From assembly GCA_043805415.1 (NCBI GenBank), contig JAZDHZ010000007.1, positions 93,786-157,785 of the forward strand: 64,000 bases of DNA. Direction: 5' to 3'. Below are positions 1 to 9,208 of this stretch, piece after piece. Every line of letters starts with the position of its first letter. Positions within the stretch are counted from its first letter, which is position 1. The notes beneath the pieces are model-generated. The model was not told the origin of the DNA, did no database searches, and saw only the letters and a list, made by a program, of their open reading frames with translations. The position numbers and the translations under genes were made by a program. Source of the DNA: Candidatus Omnitrophota bacterium. Lineage in GTDB: Bacteria > Omnitrophota > Gorgyraeia > B26-G9.

Positions 1-580
1 TTTCGATTCTTAAGGCCCGGCTGGAATTATTTTTCGGCGAGTTCTGAATTAACAACTGTCCGTGAAAAAGATTTTTAAAAACTATTCCCGCCAAGCCGCT
101 CTCTGGTTCCAGGCCGAATACTTTGGCTTTGGGATCAGCGAGAAAAACCCCCTGCCAGACATTATTCATCTCCGGGAAAACCCCTTTTTCCGCTTCACTG
201 AACCATTGCTCATAAGCATCCTTAAACATTATTCCGCTAAATGACTTTGTGATTGCTAATGGTTCTTTAACATCCAAATAAACCACCCAGCCAAAACCAT
301 TGTCAATTTTACTTATCTGCCAAAGCACTCTCAGCGGTAAATCCTCCCAATCAATGGTAATATGCAGAATATCTTGTTTTTCTTCCACCTGCCATATTCC
401 GCTGCTTGTATCATGCCAAGTCCCATTAATTAAAAAAGCCGTATGCAGGCCCAGATCATTGCTGCTCTTTGTTTTCTGATAATAAACCTGGATTTGTTTA
501 TCAGCAATAACCAGCCTGGACATGGAATTAACAAATTTATGTTTATTCAGCTTGGCGATAATTTTTTTTAATATCAGCAT
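1..580 (-). CDS. Partial CDS, C-terminally truncated by the window edge; stand-alone copy of the W-rich repeat domain found in the Wzt C-terminal extension
   Basis: Manual reverse-complement translation from ATG at 578-580 (GGAGA 7 nt upstream) gives an open frame to position 1 (MLILKKIIAKLNKHKFVNSMSRLVIADKQ...IWQVEEKQDILHITIDWEDLPLRVLWQISKIDNGFGWVVYLDVKEP...SFSGIMFKDAYEQWF...). It aligns by eye with NWQVIKTEKDFFLVQGQW...VFGFMFNDQYKHYL of the 5129..9184 protein. The ORF track missed it because no stop lies in the window; the 62..244 plus-strand ORF is antisense to it. Confidence 0.5.
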   Translation of the reverse strand, partial: MLILKKIIAKLNKHKFVNSMSRLVIADKQIQVYYQKTKSSNDLGLHTAFLINGTWHDTSSGIWQVEEKQDILHITIDWEDLPLRVLWQISKIDNGFGWVVYLDVKEPLAITKSFSGIMFKDAYEQWFSEAEKGVFPEMNNVWQGVFLADPKAKVFGLEPESGLAGIVFKNLFHGQLLIQNSPKNNSSRALRIE

Positions 581-600
581 AATAATTCTCCAACTTTTTC

Positions 601-720
601 AGTCAATAGCTAATAGTCAATGGCTTATAGTTAATAGTTATGAATTACAAGTTATTAGTTTCTAGCTCTTAGCCTGCGGCCGTTTAATTCTTACCATTAG
701 CTATGAGCTATAAGCTTTAC
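601..720. repeat. Intergenic TAGC/ATAG-rich repeat element, copy 1; contains AGTCAATAGCTAATAGTCAAT and TGAATTACAAGTTATT
   Basis: Core ATAGTCAATAGCTAATAG recurs at 34921..34938 (+) and as reverse complement at 37971..37993; sub-motif tgaattacaagttatt matches tgaattataagttatg at 34841..34856. Confidence 0.6.
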
Positions 721-721
721 T

Positions 722-1729
722 CTATTCGCTATCAAAATGACAACTAACCACTAAATGACAATTCCTCCGGCAATTATTTATCTGTTCAATATGCTTATCC
801 ATCTGTTCCGACAGACAAATCCGCTCCAGATTCTGCTTATTTTTTATATTATCGATTATTCCCAGCATCTGGCATTTTGACACATTTCCCGCAGGATCAA
901 TATTCAAAACATTGGCCTGAGCCAAATTACATCTATTGCTTTTAATAAAACTCACGGCATCAAAGAAATATTTTTTAAAAATTTTTAACTGGCCAATGCT
1001 GTCCGCGATTTTATAGCCCTGAGATTTAAACTCAATCAGCTGATTGATTATTCGCTCGATTTCCGGCTTATCGTTTGGCCAAAGGCTCTGATATTCATCA
1101 GACTGAAACCAATACTGATCAGCAGCTTCACTATAAGAAAAAGGCTGGGCTATGGCCTGAAAATTAATATACGCTAAGCGCTTGTCATTTTCCACCCACC
1201 GCGTCAGCTCAATTATATCCAAAAGATTAATCCCGCTGATCACAGTATTAATCCCGATACAAATATCCGGATTACTCTCAGCAATATTTTCAATTGCCTG
1301 TAGAACATGTTCCAATGCCCCGGGTTTGCCTCTGAGAAAATCATGAGTTTTTGGATTTAAACTATCCAGCGAAAAACAAATAAACTTTAAGCCAGAGGCA
1401 GCGATATTCGCTGCGATTTGTTTACTTACATAAAACCCATTGGAAATTAGCTGAATTTGAAGCCCTAAACCAATACCGTGTTTTATTAAATCAAATATAC
1501 CAGCGCGCAGTAAAGGTTCCCCCGGTCCGGAAAAATTAACAATACACTTACCGCGGTCCACAAATTCACTGATTTGCTCTAAAACATTCTTCCATTGTTC
1601 GATGGAAAGAATATTATCCGCGGTTAAAGGACTATCCTGCCAAAATTTGCACATCTGGCATTGAAAATTGCACTCATAGGCAATGCCCAAATCGCAATAT
1701 GTTAATTTTATATTATCTATTTTTTCCAT
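722..1729 (-). CDS. Radical SAM/SPASM-domain protein, subtype A (paralog of 2819..3841)
   Basis: N-terminal CNFQCQMC (CxxxCxxC); HDFLRGKPG motif; C-terminal CX13GX4C (CNLAQANVLNIDPAGNVSKC) and CRRNCHLVVSC Cys cluster typical of SPASM/twitch auxiliary Fe-S domains. Confidence 0.8.
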   Translation of the reverse strand: MEKIDNIKLTYCDLGIAYECNFQCQMCKFWQDSPLTADNILSIEQWKNVLEQISEFVDRGKCIVNFSGPGEPLLRAGIFDLIKHGIGLGLQIQLISNGFYVSKQIAANIAASGLKFICFSLDSLNPKTHDFLRGKPGALEHVLQAIENIAESNPDICIGINTVISGINLLDIIELTRWVENDKRLAYINFQAIAQPFSYSEAADQYWFQSDEYQSLWPNDKPEIERIINQLIEFKSQGYKIADSIGQLKIFKKYFFDAVSFIKSNRCNLAQANVLNIDPAGNVSKCQMLGIIDNIKNKQNLERICLSEQMDKHIEQINNCRRNCHLVVSCHFDSE

Positions 1730-1760
1730 TTTCTATTTTCTTTATGTTCTTGTGTCTTGT

Positions 1761-1780
1761 GGCCACGTCACGCCGTGGCC
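1761..1780. other. GC-rich hairpin ggccacg-tcacgc-cgtggcc, 24-43 nt downstream of the stop of the 1804..2838 gene
   Basis: Perfect 7-bp GC stem in an AT-rich spacer; related motif CACGTCAC..CGTGG at 13194..13211. No U-tract follows on the minus strand, so it is not a canonical terminator. Confidence 0.4.
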
Positions 1781-1803
1781 CTACTATTCGCTATACGCTG
1801 CTT

Positions 1804-2838
1804 TCAATCTTCTTCAAAAAAACAATTGATTAAAAAATGACAGTTTTTCTTACAAGCTTTTATATTCTGCCTGATTATTCCGGCTTTTTCCGAGTTCCAG
1901 ATTATATTTATATCCTCCATCAGACGGATATCTCCGATCGGCTCAAAAGCAAAACAATGATAAATCAGTCCGATGGAACTGATATGTATTGCTTTATCCA
2001 TATTACAGCTGGTTTTTTTCACAAAGCTATCTGGATCGGATAAATACTGTTTCATTGCCTTTAGCTGAGCAATACCGTTATTTATTTTATAGCCTTTAGC
2101 TTTTAATTCTATTAACTGATCAAACAATTCACTGACCCGCTGATTGTTTTTCGGCCATAAAAACCCGTATTTGCCCTTCCACCAGTGTTCTTCCGGCAAA
2201 GTATTATTCGGCTGCATCGGCACAGTCAAAGACACATCTTTGATTTTGGGATTATCATTTACCCATTGCACCAGCTCAATTATCCCAGAATAATTCTGTT
2301 CATAAATCACACTGATCAGGGCTATTTCAATATCCGGCGCGAAACAATGCAGATTATCAATCGCCCGCATCAGCTGCGCGTAAACTCCCTCCACTCCCCG
2401 CAAATAATCATGGGTCTGCCTGTCCATGCTATCCAATGATAGTTTTATAGTTTTTAAACCTGATGCTGCCAAACGTTCGGCAGTATTCTGATCAATTAAA
2501 TATCCATTGGAGACTAAATTTGTGCGCAGTCCGGCTTTATCCGCTGCCGCGATCAGAGCGTAAATATCTTTATGCAGCAAAGCCTCTCCTCCGCCGAAAT
2601 TCAGCACAAAATCCTTGCTCACTATTTTTTTTAACTGATTAAGTAAACTCGCATACTGGCTAAGCGTGGGGAAGCAATCAGCCGCGGTATTTTTAATAAA
2701 AATATCCGGCTGCCATTTATAGCACATCTTACATTTAAGCATGCACTGATCAGTAATCCCTAAAGAAGCGAATTCCGCTTTTTCGCTTATTCGCGCCTGT
2801 TTGATTTGTTCCGGGCTATTATTTAACATATTCTTCAC
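1804..2838 (-). CDS. Radical SAM/SPASM-domain protein, subtype B (paralog of 4085..5125)
   Basis: CMLKCKMC CxxxCxxC; SLDSMDRQTHDYLRG motif; C-terminal CKKNCHFLINC cluster; shares KGYKINN and SCNMDKAIHISS blocks with the 4085..5125 protein. Confidence 0.8.
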   Translation of the reverse strand: MKNMLNNSPEQIKQARISEKAEFASLGITDQCMLKCKMCYKWQPDIFIKNTAADCFPTLSQYASLLNQLKKIVSKDFVLNFGGGEALLHKDIYALIAAADKAGLRTNLVSNGYLIDQNTAERLAASGLKTIKLSLDSMDRQTHDYLRGVEGVYAQLMRAIDNLHCFAPDIEIALISVIYEQNYSGIIELVQWVNDNPKIKDVSLTVPMQPNNTLPEEHWWKGKYGFLWPKNNQRVSELFDQLIELKAKGYKINNGIAQLKAMKQYLSDPDSFVKKTSCNMDKAIHISSIGLIYHCFAFEPIGDIRLMEDINIIWNSEKAGIIRQNIKACKKNCHFLINCFFEED

Positions 2839-3841
2839 TTTCGTTAAAGTTGCAGTTAACCAATGACTGACAGTTTTTTCGGCACAATTTTATCTCAGCG
2901 CGCGCCTGTTCTGCGCTCTGACTAAACCAGAGCTCACTGATCCTATTGCTTTTTATATTTCCGATTGCCTGTTTATCAAAGCATATATGCACGTCTCCGG
3001 TAGGCGTAATATTCAGTGCCCGCAGATCAAGATGACAATGATTTTGCTTTATAAAATCATTGGGCTGGGAAAAATATTTACTGAATACGGCAAACTGATC
3101 TTCCGGGTTTTCCAGCACAAAATCCGCGCGCAAATCAGAGCTGTTTTTAAGTTTTGCCAATTGGCACATTGTCTGCCGCACACAATCCTGATCATTGGGC
3201 CATAAAAAAGCGTATTCTGGTTTTTCATACCATTTATCATCAAACTCAGTATTGAACGGCTGGGTAATCGCCTGATAGCCTATGCCGTGAATGCGTTTAT
3301 CTTTATTGGCCCAAAGCGCGACTTCCACCGCGTCTTTGATATTATAACCGGATATTGTGGTTGTAATATCAATAATTATCCGCGGCGCGTATTTAGCCAG
3401 GCTTGCTATAGCCGCCGCAACTTTGTCAAAACTGCCGGGCTTACCGCGGAGAAAATCATGCGTCTTGGGATTAGCTGAATCCAGAGATATGGTTATCTGG
3501 TTTAATCCGGCTTTGGCTAAATCCTCAGCCATCAGGTCATCGAGCAGATAAGCATTTGTTGCCAGCAAAGTCTCAAAACCCTGTTCACGCGCCCAGCTGA
3601 TCAGTTCAATGGTTTCTTTTCTCAGCAAAGGCTCGCCTCCGGCAAAATTAATCCGCGGTTTTTTGGCCAGGCACATCTGCCCCAGATCAGTTATAAACGC
3701 TTTCCACTGGGTAATTGAAGGCTCCCGCGGATCTCTATATTCCACGGAATTATGCCATTTAAAGCACATCTTACAGCGCATAAAACAGCTCTCAAGTAAA
3801 GCAATACAGCAATATGTCGGTAATTTTTTGTTTTCATTCAT
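2819..3841 (-). CDS. Radical SAM/SPASM-domain protein, subtype A (paralog of 722..1729)
   Basis: CFMRCKMC CxxxCxxC; SLDSANPKTHDFLRGKPG; C-terminal CRKNCQSLVNC; its 3' end overlaps the start of the 1804..2838 gene by 20 nt. Confidence 0.8.
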   Translation of the reverse strand: MNENKKLPTYCCIALLESCFMRCKMCFKWHNSVEYRDPREPSITQWKAFITDLGQMCLAKKPRINFAGGEPLLRKETIELISWAREQGFETLLATNAYLLDDLMAEDLAKAGLNQITISLDSANPKTHDFLRGKPGSFDKVAAAIASLAKYAPRIIIDITTTISGYNIKDAVEVALWANKDKRIHGIGYQAITQPFNTEFDDKWYEKPEYAFLWPNDQDCVRQTMCQLAKLKNSSDLRADFVLENPEDQFAVFSKYFSQPNDFIKQNHCHLDLRALNITPTGDVHICFDKQAIGNIKSNRISELWFSQSAEQARAEIKLCRKNCQSLVNCNFNESEEYVK

Positions 3842-4084
3842 GGAACTTTGTATCCTTGCAACTAGCTTATTCCTCGGTCTAGAATCAATTATTTCTGCTC
3901 ATTCTCGCCTTACATCCTGTAAGGCTCCGAGGATAAATCTCTGATTTTGCCAGTCCTAACAAAATCAGGCTTTAAACCCGCAAAATAATTATTCTAGCCC
4001 TTTTTACTTTATCCTTTTTACTTTTTACTTCCATCTGTGTTCATCGATATTTTTTATTAGTGTTTATCACAAAAGCTTCTGCTT
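3842..4084 (-). promoter_or_regulatory. 243-bp structured spacer between two radical-SAM genes inside the operon
   Basis: Nested inverted repeats: cctcgg...[gccttaca tcc tgtaaggc]...ccgagg at ~3871..3925, and tgattttg-N10-caaaatca at ~3944..3969; no ORF of 60 aa or more. Confidence 0.35.
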
Positions 4085-5125
4085 TTACTTTTCAAATTTA
4101 CAGTTAAGCAGGAAATGACAATTTTCCCGGCAATTATTAATTTCTTTTCGCACTAAATCCGCTTTTACGCTCTGCCACATTTCCCGCACTGATTTTTCCC
4201 GCACATCTCCCAAGCATTGATGGCGGTAACACATAAACATATCTCCTACAGAGCTGATATGAATCGCGTGATCAATATTACAGCTGCTCTGCTTCACATA
4301 GGTATCAGGATCAAGCAAATAGGTTTTAAACGCCTGGATATGCTCAATGGGATTACTAATCTTATAGCCTTTTGTTTTCAGCTGAATAAGCTGATCTAAA
4401 ACCGCTTCCGCCTGTTTATAATCCTTAGGCCATAGTTCATTAAACGCCGGGTCTTTCCACCACTGGGTTTGAAGTTCCGTATTATTTGGCTGCATCAGCA
4501 CCATCAGATAAATCATATTGATTTTATTATTTTCCTGAACCCAGTTAACCAGATCAACCATTCCGCCCAGCGTGGGCTGCATAATAATCGAGCAAATACT
4601 GATCTGGATATTAGGCGCGTACGCGTGCACCAGATCAATCGCGTTCATAACCTTATCATAAACCCCGTCAACTCCGCGCAAATAATCATGGGTTTTTCTA
4701 TTAAGACTGTCCAAAGAAATATTGATATAATCAAGCCCGCTGTCGCGCATCTTCTCAACCATTGGTTTATCCACAATGAAGGCATTGGTGGCAATATTGG
4801 TTTTAAACCCCAGTTCATGACAGAACTTAACCAGATCAAACAGCCATGGCACTGTAGTGATTTCTCCTCCCCCGAAATTAATAATAAAATCATTGGGCGC
4901 GATTTTACGCAAAGAAAGAGCGCTCTGTTTCCAGTCGTCAAGCCCCAGCTGTCTGCGATCATCTTTAATGTAAATATCCTGTTTCCACTTTTGACACATT
5001 CTGCAGCCCAGCATGCAATCATCGCAAATACTAAAGCAGCAAAATGTCAGTTTCGGGATCTGGCTGATATTTTCCTTTCTATTAGTAATATTATTCATTA
5101 TTAATCTCCGTAATTGTTTTAACAT
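4085..5125 (-). CDS. Radical SAM/SPASM-domain protein, subtype B (paralog of 1804..2838)
   Basis: CMLGCRMC CxxxCxxC; SLDSLNRKTHDYLRG; C-terminal CRENCHFLLNC; 3-nt gap to the upstream Wzt-like gene, so co-operonic. Confidence 0.8.
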   Translation of the reverse strand: MLKQLRRLIMNNITNRKENISQIPKLTFCCFSICDDCMLGCRMCQKWKQDIYIKDDRRQLGLDDWKQSALSLRKIAPNDFIINFGGGEITTVPWLFDLVKFCHELGFKTNIATNAFIVDKPMVEKMRDSGLDYINISLDSLNRKTHDYLRGVDGVYDKVMNAIDLVHAYAPNIQISICSIIMQPTLGGMVDLVNWVQENNKINMIYLMVLMQPNNTELQTQWWKDPAFNELWPKDYKQAEAVLDQLIQLKTKGYKISNPIEHIQAFKTYLLDPDTYVKQSSCNIDHAIHISSVGDMFMCYRHQCLGDVREKSVREMWQSVKADLVRKEINNCRENCHFLLNCKFEK

Positions 5126-5128
5126 TAA

Positions 5129-8100
5129 TCATTCCTTATCCTTATTAACTTTAATCTTTATCTTAAATTCAATTTTCTTATCCTGAACAGTAATATTTTT
5201 AGTTTTGCTTAATATTACCCGGCTATTATGATTCTCATCCGTATCTTTAATAATATTATCCCAATCAACACTGCACCAAGCTTCCCAGCTAATTTCCGGC
5301 AATTTACTGTTTTCCGCGAAAACTTTCATCTTATTCTTAGACTCAGCGACCTGACGCCAAACATCCGGATTGCTCCGCGGCGCGAACATCCCGAATTTCC
5401 GGGGATGTTCAGATACCTGCCAATTAACAAATTCTTTGTTCAGCATTATTCCCACGGCTATATCTTCAATCAGCGCAGGATCCAACTCGAAATAAATCCG
5501 CCATAATATTTCATTATCATCACCGTATTCAATTTCCTGAGTATGAGCGATTAAACAGTCTGCTTTGAATTTCAGCCGGATCATATCAGCGGTTTTATCA
5601 AGCTGTAATAATAACTGGGATGAATCAAACCAGTAATCTTTTGTTTTCATGGCTGTATACAGGCATAAGCCGTTAGTCAGCTCTTTGCGGTCATAGAACA
5701 ATCTTATTCTAGCCTGATCCAAGACAAGTTTAATTCTGCCTTTGTTCAGTTCCTTTAGCGGCAAAGTTTTTTTCTGAACACAATTATGGTTAAAATCATT
5801 AATTTTTTTCTCTTCCGAAGAAAGCAGAATATTTGCTTTAAATATTTCATGCTTACCGGGTTCAAGAACAAATGCCTGTTCCGCGAGCAAACGTTTAACT
5901 CCCAAAACAATAATCTCTTTGTTCGCTGGCTTAAATATCTGCAGCAGCCATTGCCCCATATCAGCTAAAGGAGCAAAAGCAATTTCCGCTGACTGTTCCG
6001 CGGCTAAATCAGTTTGTTTTAAAACAATATACCGGCTGCGGTTGTCGATAAGGTCTATGGCTTGAAATCCCTGGTCATGATCATTTAAAGCGATTACTCC
6101 CTTACCTAGTTCGCTCAGCCAATGCCGAAAAACTTTGGGTAAAAACATATTTATTGTCAGCGCGTATATTGCTGTTTGTTCTAAAACTTCCAGTTCCACG
6201 ATCCAGGAAATATATCCCGCTTTTTCCTGTAAATACCAGTTCTGGACAAGGAGGGGATTATTATATGTAATTTTAATAAAAAGCGTATGCGGATCCTGTT
6301 TTTTAATCTGCCAGTGCCCCTGGAAAGAATCAAATTCATCATAAGCGCTGACGATTACTGCCAAACCGCAGTCAGCGCTGATCAGCTTATTTTGATAATA
6401 AAGTTCTGTTTTTTGCTGCTTGGCTGTTAATCGGCAAGTCTCTGAACAAACTATAGAAAAATCTTGTTCGCAGTATTCATCTATTCCCTTTTGCCAGGAT
6501 TCCGGATCAACGATATCAAGTTCGGCGCTAAAAACCGGCTTCTGATCGTTTAATTCTCCGGGGTTTAATTTAGCCTGAAACTGCAGGTTCCTTGAACGAT
6601 TTGAATACTGCAGCAAGGGAGTATAAGCAAACTCGCTTAAACTATTATGCTTAAACAGCACGGCGCAGCCGGCATCATCAGTACAGGCTCCCAGCAAACA
6701 GCTGTTTAATTCTGTAAGGTCAATAAGCTTGATTTCCTGCGCGTCATTGCTGAACCTATTTTTTTCATACGCATTAATCCACTGCCGGAATCGCGGATTT
6801 AGTATGATTCCCACTTTATATTCAAAAGCATCATTTAATTCAAGCGGGTCTAAATATACATTCCAAATAAGGCTATGCTGTTTTAATTCAATCCGCCAAG
6901 ACTCTTTTACCTTGGGAAATTTTCTCTGAATGCTTACCAGCAGATAATTATCTTTTTTTTCAATTTTTTTGGCCACACCATGCGATTCATACCAGCGCTT
7001 ATTTAAAAATATTCCGCTGCTAAACCCGGCTAAAGCCGCCGTAATCTCGGTCTGTCCGAAAAATAAACGAATCCTGTCTTGGCCGCAATCAATACGCAGC
7101 GAGTCATTGCCCAGGAGATTAGCGGAATTAAATTTATCTCTTTGCTTGGCAATAAACCGCTGTTTTTCCTCAGACTGTTCAATAACCATCATTCGGCAAT
7201 TAATTGACGCGCTGTCCTGACTGCTGATCCGAATCCGCCGGGTACTTAGTTCCTGGCGGCAATTATACAGATCAATCCGGGCATTATCATCCGCCTCGGC
7301 AATAAAATGCTTATCCTGCCGCGCCTTACTGCTTAAGCCGACAAACCCGCATTTATTATGTTTTAAAATAACCTTTTCGTCAAACTCAATCGCGGGTAGA
7401 AAATCATTTTCCTGAGTTAATTCAAAATACGAATCATAATCATCAGTCAGATCAGCGTCGATCCAGATTAAGCTCTGGCTCTGTTCTAGGCTTTGCCCAT
7501 TTTTCAGCGACATTTTAAGCAATAATTCCTTGCCGGTTAAAATTAAATTTAATCTTACCTGAATCTGTTGCGTAAAAAATTCAGAATCAACCGCGAATTC
7601 CGCCTCACTGATCTTTGTGATTTTCCATTTTCCCTCAAATATATTATAAACATGATTTTGCTGTTTAAATCCGCAAACCAGTCCAAAGCCTTTGCTTATT
7701 TGTTCTGTTCCGTTAAAAAGCTGAAAACTTTTTTCTTCCAGCTTAAGCGTTAAACTATCTTTGCTGATGCGGATTTTTTCCTGCTGCTGCCTGAGCTTTT
7801 GTTCCAGCTGTTTTTTATCCAGCAGCTGAATCAGGGTTTTACATACCGCGCTTTGTTTCTGGTCTAAGAAAACATGCGTTTGGATAATATTTGCCGCGAA
7901 ACCTTCCTGGCGCTGGATCAAACCAAAACCGCGCTGCTGGTCGATATTAAAATTCGCCCAGACCGCGGGGATATCCGAATCAGCCGCGGACAATACCAGT
8001 AAAGCCTCCTTCTGGTCAGTACGATACAAATCCTGGCATTGCTCAGTGGTAAAATTTTCCGCGGCCCGCATAGGTTTTATTTTATCCGCGTCCAGATAAT

Positions 8101-9184
8101 GTTTATATTGATCATTAAACATAAAGCCGAAAACCGCTCTTTCCGCTTTTTGATCAGCCGTCAGGTTAATACTGCCGATACATTCAAATTCTCGCTCATT
8201 CTCCAGTTTAACCTGGATTTGCGCGCTTATCCGATTAGCCCATTGCCCCTGGACAAGAAAAAAATCTTTTTCGGTTTTAATTACCTGCCAATTCGCCTCC
8301 CAGGACATCAGCCATTTATCCCAGAGTTTTAAGCTTAAATACCCGCCAAAATCAGCGGTTATCGGTTTTCCGTCCCAAAGCAAGACAAGCCTTCCGCTAT
8401 TAAAAATAATGCTCAGTTTTTCCTGGTCAATGCAGGCAATAGCCTGTTTCTGCCCCACTGCCTGGACATAGCGGATAATTGATTTATGGATTGAGTCATC
8501 TTTTACTATCTGTCCGGTTTTCAGCAAAATACCCCGGGTGGCAATCCGGCTTAAAGAATCCAGATCATGGGAAACAATTACCACGGTCGCACCTTGTTTG
8601 TTCATTTCCATTATTCGCTTTAAACACTTAGCCTGAAACTCGGCATCGCCCACAGCCAGACTGTCATCAATCAGGAAAATATCCGGATTTACATGCACAG
8701 CCACGGAAAAGCCTAAACGCACGAGCATGCCCTGGGAATAAGTTTTTACCTGAGAGTCAATGAACTCATTTAGCCCGGAAAATTCAACGATTTCAGCAAA
8801 CAGGGCGTGAGTCTGTTTTTTACTCAAACCATAAAGCGCGGCATCAAGATAGATATTTTCTCTTCCGGTTAATTCCGGATGAAATCCCGCGCCTAAATCA
8901 AGCAGTCCCGCTACTTTGCCTTTAACATATATTTGCCCGCTGGAGGGCACCGTGATTTGGCTGATAATCCTCAGAATTGTTGTTTTGCCTGAAGCGTTTT
9001 CTCCGATAATCCCCAGAATCTCGCCTTTTTGCACTGAGAAACTAATATCTTTTAATGCCAAGACCTCGCGCTTGTTCCGGGCTTTTTTAAAAAAAGACAG
9101 AAAATTGCTGACTAAGAATTGTTTCCCTGAATTAAAACAATACTTTTTGCTGATGTTTTTCAGTTCAATAACTTTTTCTGACAT
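5129..9184 (-). CDS. Wzt/TagH/KpsT-type polysaccharide ABC-exporter ATPase (N-terminal ~250 aa) fused to a ~1100-aa C-terminal extension of repeated W-rich domains (1351 aa total)
   Basis: Walker A GENASGKTT; family block KGKVAGLLDLGAGFHPELTGRENIYL; YSQGM signature (Wzt-type YSxGM, not LSGGQ); Walker B FLIDDSLAVGD. The extension carries recurring W-x-(I/V) blocks (WQVIKTEKDFF, WKITKISEAEF, WRIELKQHSLIW, WQIKKQDPHTLF). Confidence 0.8.
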   Translation of the reverse strand: MSEKVIELKNISKKYCFNSGKQFLVSNFLSFFKKARNKREVLALKDISFSVQKGEILGIIGENASGKTTILRIISQITVPSSGQIYVKGKVAGLLDLGAGFHPELTGRENIYLDAALYGLSKKQTHALFAEIVEFSGLNEFIDSQVKTYSQGMLVRLGFSVAVHVNPDIFLIDDSLAVGDAEFQAKCLKRIMEMNKQGATVVIVSHDLDSLSRIATRGILLKTGQIVKDDSIHKSIIRYVQAVGQKQAIACIDQEKLSIIFNSGRLVLLWDGKPITADFGGYLSLKLWDKWLMSWEANWQVIKTEKDFFLVQGQWANRISAQIQVKLENEREFECIGSINLTADQKAERAVFGFMFNDQYKHYLDADKIKPMRAAENFTTEQCQDLYRTDQKEALLVLSAADSDIPAVWANFNIDQQRGFGLIQRQEGFAANIIQTHVFLDQKQSAVCKTLIQLLDKKQLEQKLRQQQEKIRISKDSLTLKLEEKSFQLFNGTEQISKGFGLVCGFKQQNHVYNIFEGKWKITKISEAEFAVDSEFFTQQIQVRLNLILTGKELLLKMSLKNGQSLEQSQSLIWIDADLTDDYDSYFELTQENDFLPAIEFDEKVILKHNKCGFVGLSSKARQDKHFIAEADDNARIDLYNCRQELSTRRIRISSQDSASINCRMMVIEQSEEKQRFIAKQRDKFNSANLLGNDSLRIDCGQDRIRLFFGQTEITAALAGFSSGIFLNKRWYESHGVAKKIEKKDNYLLVSIQRKFPKVKESWRIELKQHSLIWNVYLDPLELNDAFEYKVGIILNPRFRQWINAYEKNRFSNDAQEIKLIDLTELNSCLLGACTDDAGCAVLFKHNSLSEFAYTPLLQYSNRSRNLQFQAKLNPGELNDQKPVFSAELDIVDPESWQKGIDEYCEQDFSIVCSETCRLTAKQQKTELYYQNKLISADCGLAVIVSAYDEFDSFQGHWQIKKQDPHTLFIKITYNNPLLVQNWYLQEKAGYISWIVELEVLEQTAIYALTINMFLPKVFRHWLSELGKGVIALNDHDQGFQAIDLIDNRSRYIVLKQTDLAAEQSAEIAFAPLADMGQWLLQIFKPANKEIIVLGVKRLLAEQAFVLEPGKHEIFKANILLSSEEKKINDFNHNCVQKKTLPLKELNKGRIKLVLDQARIRLFYDRKELTNGLCLYTAMKTKDYWFDSSQLLLQLDKTADMIRLKFKADCLIAHTQEIEYGDDNEILWRIYFELDPALIEDIAVGIMLNKEFVNWQVSEHPRKFGMFAPRSNPDVWRQVAESKNKMKVFAENSKLPEISWEAWCSVDWDNIIKDTDENHNSRVILSKTKNITVQDKKIEFKIKIKVNKDKE

Positions 9185-9208
9185 TATTTTTTCCTTAACC
9201 TGCTCATT

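Noticed and set aside
62-244. 60-aa plus-strand ORF at the window start
   Set aside because: Antisense to the longer open minus-strand frame (1..580), which has an RBS and homology to the Wzt C-terminal repeats; no independent support.
4469-5104. 211-aa plus-strand ORF (and 4645..5022 minus-strand 125-aa ORF) inside the radical-SAM D gene
   Set aside because: Shadow ORFs overlapping a well-supported radical-SAM CDS; composition (many I/N/H) is typical of antisense translation.
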